A DNA stretch of 64,000 nucleotides from Christensenella sp. (GTDB lineage Bacteria > Bacillota > Clostridia > Christensenellales > CAG-138). The stretch is taken from contig JAYFQU010000017.1 of the NCBI GenBank assembly GCA_034926785.1, forward strand, positions 50,794-114,793, written 5' to 3'. The notes beneath the pieces were generated by a model. The model searched no databases and was not told the origin of the DNA. It worked only from the letters and a program-made list of their open reading frames with translations. A program made the position numbers and the translations under genes. Below are positions 1 to 10,096 of this stretch, one piece after another. Positions within the stretch are counted from its first letter, which is position 1. Each line of letters begins with the position of its first letter.

Positions 1-51
1 TCATCTCTACAAGATCGACCGCGTAAGAATGTACAAACTGAGTGTAGAGAA

Positions 52-88
52 AATTGGGCAGGATGACAAGCCGCATCCTGCCCAATTC
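52..88 (-). terminator. Rho-independent terminator downstream of the GH13 gene
   Basis: Inverted repeat AATTGGGCAGGATG / CATCCTGCCCAATT with an 8-nt loop. On the minus strand it is followed by TTTTCTCT, about 25 nt after the stop at 113. Confidence 0.7.
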
Positions 89-112
89 ACGAAAACGTTA
101 CATTGACGCTTT

Positions 113-1996
113 TTATGGGTTCACTCGGTATAGATTGGCTTCGTACGGCTGCAGCCCGTCGCCCTGCGCCATATAGTTGGAGAACAGCAGCTCCATCGCG
201 TCGGTTGCCTTGGGCTGTTTGACCGGTTTTGCGCTCAGATTGATTTCGACGTAGAATCGGTCCTTCTCAATCGCGCGATAATAGCAGAATACATCCTCCT
301 TTGCGCTCTCCAGCAGTTCAAAGGAACCATAAACCAGGGCGGGATGCGATGCCCTCAGCGTGATCAGTTGCTGATAGGCTCGCCAGACAGAGGTTTCGTC
401 GTTCATCTGCGCCGCAGCGTTACAGATGTCTTTGTCGCCAACGCGAATCCAGGGTTCCCGTTCAGAGAATCCGCCATAGGTGCCGTTCGTCCACTGCATC
501 GGCGTGCGGCTGTGATCCCGTGTGCCGCAGAGCACCGTCTGCCAGGCCTCTTCCTGCGTTTTTCCCGCGGCGATGAGCTCGCGATATTTATTCAGGCTTT
601 CGATGTCACGCAGTTCGCTCATGCTGGAAAAGCCGACATTGACCGCACCCAGTTCCTGCCCCTGATAGAGAAACACAGTTCCCCGCGCGCTGAGCAATAC
701 AAGCGCGATCAATTTTGCAATCGCGTCCCGATGTTCCTCCCCGGGATCAATTTTGGACACCATGCGCGGGTTGTCGTGATTTTCAACAAATATACTCGGC
801 CAGGCGTAATCCGCATACTCGCCCTCCAGCCTAATAAAGCTCTTCTTGAGGTGATTGAGATTATAGCGATAATCGTCAAAACGGTTTTTGCCAAGGTTTT
901 CCAGGTGATCAAAGCTGAACACGGTGTTCAGTTCCCCTCGCTCTTCCGCGGTGAGCAGTTTGTTCATCTCCAACCCCGTGCCCGGCGTCTCGCCGACGGT
1001 GAACGCCTCGTGAAACGCGCGCGCTTTCAACTCGTGCAGATATTCATGCAAGCGATTACCGTAGAAATAGTGTTCGATTCCGTTGAACTTTAAGAGCGCG
1101 CCGAGCGTCTCCGTTCCGTCCTCCAGCGAAGTTTTACTGATATAGTTGATCACGTCGAGGCGGAAACCGTCAACGCCTTTCTTCCTCCAGAAATCGATGA
1201 TCGCGCAGACCTCGTCCCGCACCTTCGGATTCTCCCAGTTCAGATCAGGCTGCTTTTTGGAGAAGAGATGCAGATATTCCTCTTCTCTCGAATCCACCTT
1301 TTCCCAGGCGGGGCCGGAGAAAAAACTGGTCCAGTTATTCGGGTGCTGGCTCCCCTTCGGCTTGCGCCAGATGTAGTAGTCGCCGCGCTCGCCTTTGGGA
1401 TTTTGTGCCGAGTCGATGAACCACTCGTGCTCATCGGACGTATGATTCACCACCAGGTCGAGAATCAACCGCATCCCGCGCTTGTGCAGTTCGCTAATCA
1501 GCTCCTCCGCATCCGCCATGGTTCCAAACTCCGCCATGATGGCGCGATAATCGCGCACATCATAACCGTTGTCGTCGTTTGGCGAATCGAAAATAGGCGA
1601 AAGCCAAACCGCCGTGACGCCCAGTTCCTGCAGATAATCCAGTTTTTGGATGATGCCTTTCAGATCGCCAATCCCATCGTTATTTCCATCCATGAAAGAA
1701 CGTGGATAGATTTGATAAACCACCGCTTCTTTCCACCAGACATGCGTATTGGATTTTGTCAGCGGCTTGGTGTTCGCCTCCTGATTGAACAGGTTAAGCA
1801 TGGTATCGATCACTCGCTCGGCGTTTGGCAACGCCTTGCCCGCAAATTTTGGAATTGCCGATATCTTCAGCCCCTTCACAATGGGGTTTAAAATCACTTT
1901 TTCATTGATACCCGCATATTGCACCAGTTGGGACAGCACATCCCGCGCAATGGGATTTTGCAGTAATTCGCCAATCTTGGTCTCTCTTGTTATCAT
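113..1996 (-). CDS. GH13 alpha-glucosidase / oligo-1,6-glucosidase family
   Basis: 627-aa ORF with GH13 blocks WWKEAVVYQIYPRSF, GVDGFRLDV (nucleophile Asp), VGETPG (acid/base Glu) and FVENHDNPR. An alternative start at M66 (1801) would remove a ~65-aa N-terminal extension. Confidence 0.9.
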   Translation of the reverse strand: MITRETKIGELLQNPIARDVLSQLVQYAGINEKVILNPIVKGLKISAIPKFAGKALPNAERVIDTMLNLFNQEANTKPLTKSNTHVWWKEAVVYQIYPRSFMDGNNDGIGDLKGIIQKLDYLQELGVTAVWLSPIFDSPNDDNGYDVRDYRAIMAEFGTMADAEELISELHKRGMRLILDLVVNHTSDEHEWFIDSAQNPKGERGDYYIWRKPKGSQHPNNWTSFFSGPAWEKVDSREEEYLHLFSKKQPDLNWENPKVRDEVCAIIDFWRKKGVDGFRLDVINYISKTSLEDGTETLGALLKFNGIEHYFYGNRLHEYLHELKARAFHEAFTVGETPGTGLEMNKLLTAEERGELNTVFSFDHLENLGKNRFDDYRYNLNHLKKSFIRLEGEYADYAWPSIFVENHDNPRMVSKIDPGEEHRDAIAKLIALVLLSARGTVFLYQGQELGAVNVGFSSMSELRDIESLNKYRELIAAGKTQEEAWQTVLCGTRDHSRTPMQWTNGTYGGFSEREPWIRVGDKDICNAAAQMNDETSVWRAYQQLITLRASHPALVYGSFELLESAKEDVFCYYRAIEKDRFYVEINLSAKPVKQPKATDAMELLFSNYMAQGDGLQPYEANLYRVNP

Positions 1997-2030
1997 TCCG
2001 GTTCAAGCCTCCGTTGGAATGCGCTTGCGT

Positions 2031-3083
2031 TCAAATCGTCGCCTGCATTCCCGTCCATTGTACCGCTACTTTACCAAAGTTGTCCACGGCTTTGCGTTCG
2101 ATTTTCTTTCGATCTTTTGAGCCGATCGTTTGAAACGGCCTGATCTCCAGCCTGTTCCCCGTCCGTTTCCAAACCGCGCATGCCAGACCATGGAGCAGTA
2201 CGGTCGGGAAGATAATTCCGGTGTTGTTATAGACGGATTTTATGCGTTCCTGTGGCAGAATCGGGTTTTCGTTCTTGCGGTATCCAAGCAGCATTTGATC
2301 AAACCCCGCCAGGAAGAGAACGTCGGGCATGGCGGCATCCGCCGGCAGACGCTGCCCCATCGTGAAATATGTCTGTCCCTGAAAGGAGAGGTCCTGCGTC
2401 GCGGTCAGTTCCAACAAGCATTTCAGCTTTCTTTGCGGCAAACCAAAGAACGTCTGCGCGTCCCGCAGGGACACGGGCGCATAGTGCGTGACGTATCGCA
2501 GCATCATCTCCCTGAGCGCCGCTTCCTCCTCCATCGGCGCCAGCGGATCCAGCCGCGTGAAAACGCGATTGCCGCCGGCGGTGTAGGCAATCTCCCCTTT
2601 CTCCGCCATGGCGCGAAATAATCCGCCCCAGGGATGAAGGATGATTTCCATCTCACGCGCATTCATTCCGCAGCGGATGCAGGCGGCCTTCAGCTCCTCC
2701 CTCGTTTTGTCTCCCGTAGACAACGCGCCGGCGACAATCTCGCGGAAAAAAGCGCCCCTGCCGGGCGCGATGCCCTCGTCAAGAAACGACATCTGCCCAA
2801 AGGACGATTCACTGCCCGCATACAGCACGAGCGGCAAATCCCGCTTGCGATGCAGGTGAAGCGTGCCGCGAAAGGACCAGGTCTTGACATATTGCGTTAG
2901 ATCGGGCGCATCGCTCGCGCGAATCTTGAGGGCATGCAGCGCCGCCGCGCCATATTGCGCCTGCAGGCCGATCAATCCGCCGACCACCCTCTCGGCAGAC
3001 TGCGGTTTCAACAGCATTTGATGATTCAAGCGATGCAGTATCAACTGTTCCTGATCCATGATTTCCATTCTATTCCCATTCAC
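2031..3083 (-). CDS. Winged-helix YcaQ/AlkZ-family protein (putative interstrand-crosslink DNA glycosylase)
   Basis: 350-aa ORF. N-terminal LIGLQAQ (Q-phi-Q) sits at the position of the AlkZ catalytic motif, and the overall layout matches the HTH_42 family as I recall it. Confidence 0.65.
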   Translation of the reverse strand: MNGNRMEIMDQEQLILHRLNHQMLLKPQSAERVVGGLIGLQAQYGAAALHALKIRASDAPDLTQYVKTWSFRGTLHLHRKRDLPLVLYAGSESSFGQMSFLDEGIAPGRGAFFREIVAGALSTGDKTREELKAACIRCGMNAREMEIILHPWGGLFRAMAEKGEIAYTAGGNRVFTRLDPLAPMEEEAALREMMLRYVTHYAPVSLRDAQTFFGLPQRKLKCLLELTATQDLSFQGQTYFTMGQRLPADAAMPDVLFLAGFDQMLLGYRKNENPILPQERIKSVYNNTGIIFPTVLLHGLACAVWKRTGNRLEIRPFQTIGSKDRKKIERKAVDNFGKVAVQWTGMQATI

Positions 3084-3157
3084 TCACCCATAAAAAATGA
3101 GCCGGAATATGAAAAGAGCGGACGAAATGCATCGTCCGCTTCTTCATAAGAACTCGG

Positions 3158-3448
3158 TTATTCGCCCACGGCGGCCTCGTATACGCTGACAGTCTTCTTG
3201 CCAAGGTGCTTGGTTTCGAAGCGGACAACGCCATCGACCTTCGCAAAGAGCGTATCGTCCTTGCCAATGCCGACGTTGACGCCGGGATGCATGTGTGTGC
3301 CGCGCTGACGCACGAGAATGTTGCCCGCGAGCACGAACTGACCGTCCGCGCGCTTCGGTCCGAGTCGCTTGGCTTCGCTGTCGCGGCCGTTGCGGGACGA
3401 ACCAACGCCTTTTTTATGCGCAAACAGTTGCAGATTCATCTTGAACAT
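3158..3448 (-). CDS. rpmA: 50S ribosomal protein L27
   Basis: 96 aa. [24 protein letters not shown] is canonical L27 with the Firmicute N-terminal propeptide. Confidence 0.97.
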   Translation of the reverse strand: MFKMNLQLFAHKKGVGSSRNGRDSEAKRLGPKRADGQFVLAGNILVRQRGTHMHPGVNVGIGKDDTLFAKVDGVVRFETKHLGKKTVSVYEAAVGE

Positions 3449-3452
3449 ATCG

Positions 3453-3797
3453 TTACACCTCCCTGTGTCGTAATTTTAGGGATTTGCGATACGACTCTTG
3501 AATGGAACGCAGCCCCGCTTCCATCGTTAAAAACAGAAGTTCCGCCTGTTCCAGCTGCTTCCCGCGCGTATCGCCCGCAAGAACGCAGTGCATTCCTTCG
3601 GCCTCGTCAATCGAGACGGCGACTTCTTCGCCCTCCTTCAATCCGAGCACCTGAACCAGACCGAGATAACAGGTCTGCGTGAGCGCGGAAATCGCGCTGC
3701 AGACGATGTCCTCCCCCGCTTCGCCATAGCCGGCATGTCCGGTTGAGGTAAACCCGACCGTATTGCCGCCTCTGCGAAGCATTGTCACCGTTACCAT
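3453..3797 (-). CDS. prp: Ribosomal-processing cysteine protease Prp
   Basis: 114 aa. Contains GHAGYG...DIVCSAIS and sits between rplU and rpmA as in other Firmicutes. Confidence 0.9.
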   Translation of the reverse strand: MVTVTMLRRGGNTVGFTSTGHAGYGEAGEDIVCSAISALTQTCYLGLVQVLGLKEGEEVAVSIDEAEGMHCVLAGDTRGKQLEQAELLFLTMEAGLRSIQESYRKSLKLRHREV

Positions 3798-3803
3798 ATC
3801 GCC

Positions 3804-4109
3804 TTACCCGATCGAGAGAATCTCGACCTTTGTAAACGGCTGACGATGGCCGCGCTTTGTGCGGGAGTCCTTCTTCGGCTTATACTTGAAAACGACGACC
3901 TTCTTGCCTTTGCCGTGATCCAGCACTTTGCCGCGAACGACGACACCGCTCAACACGGGTTTCCCCACCTTGACACCGCTGTCATCCGCAACGAGCAACG
4001 TTTCAAATTCGACTTCAGTGTTCACAACGGCTTCGAGCTTTTCCACCAGAATCTGGTCGCCAACCTCTACCTTGTACTGCTTACCACCGGTTTGAATGAT
4101 TGCATACAC
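3804..4109 (-). CDS. rplU: 50S ribosomal protein L21
   Basis: 101 aa starting [17 protein letters not shown] start preceded by GAGGAGG. Confidence 0.97.
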   Translation of the reverse strand: MYAIIQTGGKQYKVEVGDQILVEKLEAVVNTEVEFETLLVADDSGVKVGKPVLSGVVVRGKVLDHGKGKKVVVFKYKPKKDSRTKRGHRQPFTKVEILSIG

Positions 4110-4192
4110 GATAACTGCACCTCCTCATACCAGACTCGCCCAATCGTGGTGGCACGGATCAACCGCGCGCTTAAACCACCCCGGAGCGGCTC
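4110..4192 (-). promoter_or_regulatory. Structured 5' leader of rplU (candidate L21-leader autoregulatory RNA)
   Basis: About 80-nt untranslated leader between the promoter and the GTG start. Contains a GGUGG...CCACC helix. Firmicute rplU operons are known to carry an L21 leader. Not verified with a covariance model. Confidence 0.35.
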
Positions 4193-4200
4193 ACCGAAAG

Positions 4201-4230
4201 ATCATAACACAACGACATCCCGCATGTCAA
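4201..4230 (-). promoter_or_regulatory. Sigma-A-type promoter of rplU-prp-rpmA
   Basis: Minus strand reads TTGACA, then an 18-nt spacer, then TATGAT. It lies about 90 nt upstream of the rplU start. Confidence 0.55.
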
Positions 4231-4287
4231 CGAAAAACGCCTGATTTTATCGGGAAAATCGGCTTGATTTCCATGCGTTTCCCAGCG

Positions 4288-5799
4288 TCAGCGAATGATT
4301 TTGCAGTCCTTCTTTGCCTCCGGCACCTTCTTTTCGGAAAGCGGACGCACGGCGAATTTTTCAATATGCAGCGTAGCGTTTGGGCGGACATAATAGGTTC
4401 CACCCTCCTCAATCGGGAAGAGGCAGCCGTGCTTCTGCTCCGCCGCTTCCATCGCCGTCACCACGTCCGGGTGTGCCTCAATGAGCATGCGCTTGTTGTT
4501 GCTTCCCTTAATCACCTGGAGCGTCTGCTTGCGGATGCGATTGATAACGGTTTCGGGCGCGAGCACCTTCGCGTCCCCGTTACAATAGGGACAGACCTGC
4601 TGTAGGGTGTCGGAGATGCTTCTGCCGGTCTTCTTACGCGTCATCTCCACCAGGCCAAGATGCGTAAAGCCGAACACGTGTGAGCGGGTATGGTCGTCGC
4701 GCAGCGCGGTCTTGAGCGTGCTCAGCACCAGCGCGCGGTTAGCTTCCTTCTCCATATCGATAAAGTCAATGATGATGATGCCGCCAATGTCCCGCAGCCG
4801 GAGTTGTTTCGCTATTTCCTTTGCCGCTTCGCAGTTCACAGCCGTGATGGTCTTCTCTAAATTATCCTTGCCGACAAACTTACCGGAGTTGACGTCGATG
4901 GAGGTCAGCGCCTCCGTCCGGTCAATAATGACATAGCCGCCGCTCTTGAGCCAAACCTTGCGGGCCAGCGCTTTCTCAATCTTGCTCTCGGTGTCGTAGC
5001 GGTCAAAGAGCGCCTCGCTCTCCTTGAGCAGAATGCGAGCCTTGAGCTTAGGCGCCATATAATCCGCAATTTCCCGCAGTTTATCATAGGCATCCACATC
5101 GTTCACGAAGACACGGTCGATGTCCTTCATCAAAAAATCGCGTGCGGTGCGGAAGAGCAGCGATTGCTCGGCGTGTAGCAGCGCAGGCGCTTTTCTGCTT
5201 GCGGCACGCTTCTCAATCTCTGCATAGAGGTTGACAATGCTCTCCAGGTCCTCCGCGAAGTCCTGCTTGGTCTTGCCGGCGGAGGCCGTGCGGACGATGA
5301 CGCCCATGCACTTTGGCTTGATTTCGATGAGGATTTTACGCAGGCGCTGCCGCTCCTCATCCTTGTCAATGCGGCGCGAAACGCCAACATAATCCATCGT
5401 AGGCATCAGCACAAGCGAACGCCCGGCGAGCGTGATATGCGTGGTCACGCGCGCGCCCTTGGTGCCGACGGGATCCTTCGCCACCTGAACCATGATGGTC
5501 TGACCCGGCTTTAAGAGATCGCGGATGTTCTTCGATTCCGGTATCTGCTCAATCTCGTCGTCGGGATCGTCCGAAAGCACGATATCCCCCGCATACAGGA
5601 ATGCGTTTCGTTCCAGACCGATGTCGATAAACGCCGCCTGCATGCCAGGCAGAACGTTTTGCACCTTGCCGTTGTAAATGTTGCCGACGAGGCGTTCGGA
5701 CCCTTCCTGTTCCACATACAGCTCAACAGGAGAGCCATCCTCGACGACCGCGACGCGGGTTGCCACGCCGCTAGCGTCCACCAGGATTTCCTTATTCAT
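4288..5799 (-). CDS. rng: Rne/Rng-family ribonuclease (RNase G/E)
   Basis: Start set at MNKEILVD (ATG 5799, purine-rich RBS), just after the stop of the upstream gene at 5816. S1 domain plus RNase E/G catalytic core, with a CPYCNG Zn-link near the C-terminus. Confidence 0.9.
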   Translation of the reverse strand: MNKEILVDASGVATRVAVVEDGSPVELYVEQEGSERLVGNIYNGKVQNVLPGMQAAFIDIGLERNAFLYAGDIVLSDDPDDEIEQIPESKNIRDLLKPGQTIMVQVAKDPVGTKGARVTTHITLAGRSLVLMPTMDYVGVSRRIDKDEERQRLRKILIEIKPKCMGVIVRTASAGKTKQDFAEDLESIVNLYAEIEKRAASRKAPALLHAEQSLLFRTARDFLMKDIDRVFVNDVDAYDKLREIADYMAPKLKARILLKESEALFDRYDTESKIEKALARKVWLKSGGYVIIDRTEALTSIDVNSGKFVGKDNLEKTITAVNCEAAKEIAKQLRLRDIGGIIIIDFIDMEKEANRALVLSTLKTALRDDHTRSHVFGFTHLGLVEMTRKKTGRSISDTLQQVCPYCNGDAKVLAPETVINRIRKQTLQVIKGSNNKRMLIEAHPDVVTAMEAAEQKHGCLFPIEEGGTYYVRPNATLHIEKFAVRPLSEKKVPEAKKDCKIIR

Positions 5800-5815
5800 T
5801 TTTCCCTTCTCTTTC

Positions 5816-6499
5816 CTATTCCGCAGGCAGATGCGGCAACAGGCCATCTTCGGCAAAATACATGTGCGTACGATGGATTTCATACGCGGCATGCGCATCC
5901 AAACGCTCGAGCAGCGCGTCGATGAACGCATCGACCCGCAACCCGCCATCGGCTTGCAGCTTGCCTAGAACGTGGAGGGCTGCTTGATCGCCCTCGACCT
6001 GCCCCACGGAGACCCGCAGGATATACGGACGCATATCTACGGGTTTGATCCCGCCCTTCGTCCGCTTGTTGATGATGATCTCGCCCGAAAGCATCTCTTC
6101 GAGCGTGGATTGCAGTTTTTCTTTGGAGACCGCCTCCGTAAATGCCAAATCGATTAGATATCCGGCCGCGCGGAGCTTTGCGGAAAGCGAACCAAAATTT
6201 TCCGGCGCAGCGAACGCCCCGGAGACCGACATTCCCCGCGGCATCGCCATGTTTGCGCGGCGAAGAAACTCCTCGGGGCTCATCTCTTCGGAGAGCTGTA
6301 CCTCGAACCATTCCGCCTCGCTGCTCATGCCCGTCGCCGCGGCGGTCGCAAACGAAAATTGCGGATGCGGGTTAAAACCGTTGGAATACAACAGCGGAAT
6401 TCCGGCTCGGCGGAACGCGCGCTGCAGCGTCCTTTGAATATCCAGATGCGAGATCATCGCAATCTCGCTTCCCTTATGATAGGCGGCAATCAGTTTCAT
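5816..6499 (-). CDS. TIGR03936-family radical-SAM-associated protein (DUF2344)
   Basis: 227 aa. Overlaps the upstream radical-SAM gene by 4 nt. This is the partner arrangement I know for TIGR03960/TIGR03936. Confidence 0.75.
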   Translation of the reverse strand: MKLIAAYHKGSEIAMISHLDIQRTLQRAFRRAGIPLLYSNGFNPHPQFSFATAAATGMSSEAEWFEVQLSEEMSPEEFLRRANMAMPRGMSVSGAFAAPENFGSLSAKLRAAGYLIDLAFTEAVSKEKLQSTLEEMLSGEIIINKRTKGGIKPVDMRPYILRVSVGQVEGDQAALHVLGKLQADGGLRVDAFIDALLERLDAHAAYEIHRTHMYFAEDGLLPHLPAE

Positions 6500-8331
6500 C
6501 GCGCTGCACCGTACCCTTCCGGCTGGAGATCGCGGCAGTCAGTCTCATACCGCGCGCCAAAGCAGCCGTTACAGGTTTCGCGGCAATCCGGCGTCGTTTC
6601 GCCGTGAAGCGCACGCTTATATTCCCGCCGCAAATATGCTTTTGTCACCAGCATATCGACAAAATCCCAGGCGAGCGGCTCTTCGAGCGAAAACTCCCGC
6701 TGGGCATATTCCTGCTCGCTCAGGCCGCAGTCCGAAAACGCCTGCGCCCATGCCTTGGGCTGAAAATGCTCTGTCCATGCGTCAAACCGGCAGCCGAGCG
6801 CATAGGCGCGCAGCAGCACAGATGCAAGCTTCTCGTCCCCGCGCGAGAACGCAGCTTCCAGCACGGAGAGCAGTGAATAGTGGCAGTTAAGCTCCGCGCC
6901 GCGGATTCCCTTGAGCGCCCCGCGCAGCAGTTCCTGCTTTCTCTTGATCTCATCCGGCGGCACTTGACCGCACCATTGAAACGCCGTAAACGGTTTTGGC
7001 ACAAAGGTGGATACGCTGACATTGAGGCGCAGGCCCTTGCCGCGCTGTTCCTTCGGCAGGCCATAAAATTGCCAGCTGATCTTTCGCGCCAGCTGGGCGA
7101 TGCCGAGGATATCCTCGTCCGTCTCGGTCGGTAGGCCAATCATGAAATAGAGTTTGACGCTGCTCCAGCCGTTGGAAAACGCATCCTGCGTTGCGCGCAG
7201 AATATCCTCCTCCGTCACATTTTTGTTGATGACATCCCTGAGCCGCTGCGTGCCCGCCTCAGGCGCAAAGGTCAGCCCCGCTTTGCGAACGGTCTGCATC
7301 ACGCTCAGATCGTTTGCCAGTTCGCTATCCACGCGGAGCGAAGGAAGCGCAACGGAGACCTTCTGCGATTCCATCTCATGGATAATCTCCGGCACGAGCG
7401 TATGCACCTCGGAATAATCCCCGGTGCTGAGGCTGAGCAGAGATACTTCGTCATAGCCCGTGCAGCCAATCTGCTGCCGCGCGAGTTGCAGGAGCGTTGC
7501 GCTCTTGCGTTCGCGAATCGGACGATAGATATAGCCCGCCTGGCAAAAGCGGCAGCCGCGCGTGCAGCCGCGCATAACCTCCAGCGCGACGCGGTCGTGC
7601 ACAATACCGAGATACGGCACGATGGGCTCGCCGGTAAAAGGCGCTTTGTCAAGATCCCGCACGATGCTGCGGACAACCGTCGTTTCCGCTGTCCGCAGGG
7701 ACGGGATATAGACCCCGCGGATGCCGGAGAGCTGCTTAAGCAATTCGGACTTCGGCTTCCCTTCCCGCTTTGCGCGGCGAACCGTCTCCACAAACTCCAG
7801 CGTCATCTCCTCGCCGTCGCCGATGAGCACCGCGTCCATAAACGGCGCAACCGGCGCAGGATTGCAGACGCAGGGACCGCCGCATATGATGAGCGGGTCG
7901 GTTTCTTTGCGATCCTTTGCCAGAAACGCGACATTGCTCAAATCCAGCATCTGCAGAACATTGGTATAGCACATTTCGTAGAGCAGGGAAAACCCAAGGA
8001 TGTCAAACTCGCCGAGCGGCCGCTTGCTCTCCAGCGAAAACAGAGGCAGATGCTCTTCTCGCAGCACCTGCTCCATATCCGGCCAGGGCGCGAAAGCGCG
8101 TTCGCAGGCGACGCCTTCCACGCTGTTGAGCGCGTGGTAGAGAATGCGGGAGCCGAGGTGCGACATGCCAATCTCATACACATCGGGAAACAATAACGCA
8201 AAGCGGAGCTCCGCCTGTTCTTTTACAATGCTGTTCCACTCCCCGCCGATATAGCGCGCGGGCTTTTCCACGCGGGAGAGAATATGATTAAATGCCGTCT
8301 GATCCAAAGTTTTATTCCATTCCATCTTCAT
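6496..8331 (-). CDS. TIGR03960-family B12-binding-domain radical SAM protein
   Basis: Contains CTRGCRFCQAG (CxxxCxxC). The N-terminal B12-binding-like region starts at ...VEKPARYIGGEWNS. Start at ATG 8331 or 8325; the 8412 start in the ORF track is unlikely. Confidence 0.85.
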   Translation of the reverse strand: MKMEWNKTLDQTAFNHILSRVEKPARYIGGEWNSIVKEQAELRFALLFPDVYEIGMSHLGSRILYHALNSVEGVACERAFAPWPDMEQVLREEHLPLFSLESKRPLGEFDILGFSLLYEMCYTNVLQMLDLSNVAFLAKDRKETDPLIICGGPCVCNPAPVAPFMDAVLIGDGEEMTLEFVETVRRAKREGKPKSELLKQLSGIRGVYIPSLRTAETTVVRSIVRDLDKAPFTGEPIVPYLGIVHDRVALEVMRGCTRGCRFCQAGYIYRPIRERKSATLLQLARQQIGCTGYDEVSLLSLSTGDYSEVHTLVPEIIHEMESQKVSVALPSLRVDSELANDLSVMQTVRKAGLTFAPEAGTQRLRDVINKNVTEEDILRATQDAFSNGWSSVKLYFMIGLPTETDEDILGIAQLARKISWQFYGLPKEQRGKGLRLNVSVSTFVPKPFTAFQWCGQVPPDEIKRKQELLRGALKGIRGAELNCHYSLLSVLEAAFSRGDEKLASVLLRAYALGCRFDAWTEHFQPKAWAQAFSDCGLSEQEYAQREFSLEEPLAWDFVDMLVTKAYLRREYKRALHGETTPDCRETCNGCFGARYETDCRDLQPEGYGAAR

Positions 8332-8444
8332 CTTAGGGGTAAAATTCACCCAATACAGTAGTTTATCACACGCATATGCTTCGGTCAAACGCAACCATCG
8401 GATTCTCAGCACATTTTAAAGATCGGCTCTTTGGCTTCGCTTGC

Positions 8445-8492
8445 AAAAATCGAGCCATCGATCATATCGCTCAACATGATCGATGGCTCGAT
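8445..8492 (-). terminator. Rho-independent terminator of gdhA
   Basis: Perfect 17-bp inverted repeat ATCGAGCCATCGATCAT / ATGATCGATGGCTCGAT, followed on the minus strand by TTTTT. Confidence 0.8.
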
Positions 8493-8550
8493 GCAATCTT
8501 TTCTGGCGGTGGTTTCTAATTGCGAGGTGCAACGGATGTGAACCGTCTGA

Positions 8551-10029
<1,479 letters not shown>

Positions 10030-10096
10030 TCAAAATTCCACCGTTGTGGTAGAATAAATAAAATATCATCATTTGTTCAACTGACTGGAGAATGAT

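Noticed and set aside
5800-5949. 50-codon N-terminal extension of the RNase G/E ORF
   Set aside because: The extension overlaps the 3' end of the upstream DUF2344 gene. A good RBS precedes the internal MNKEIL start at 5799.
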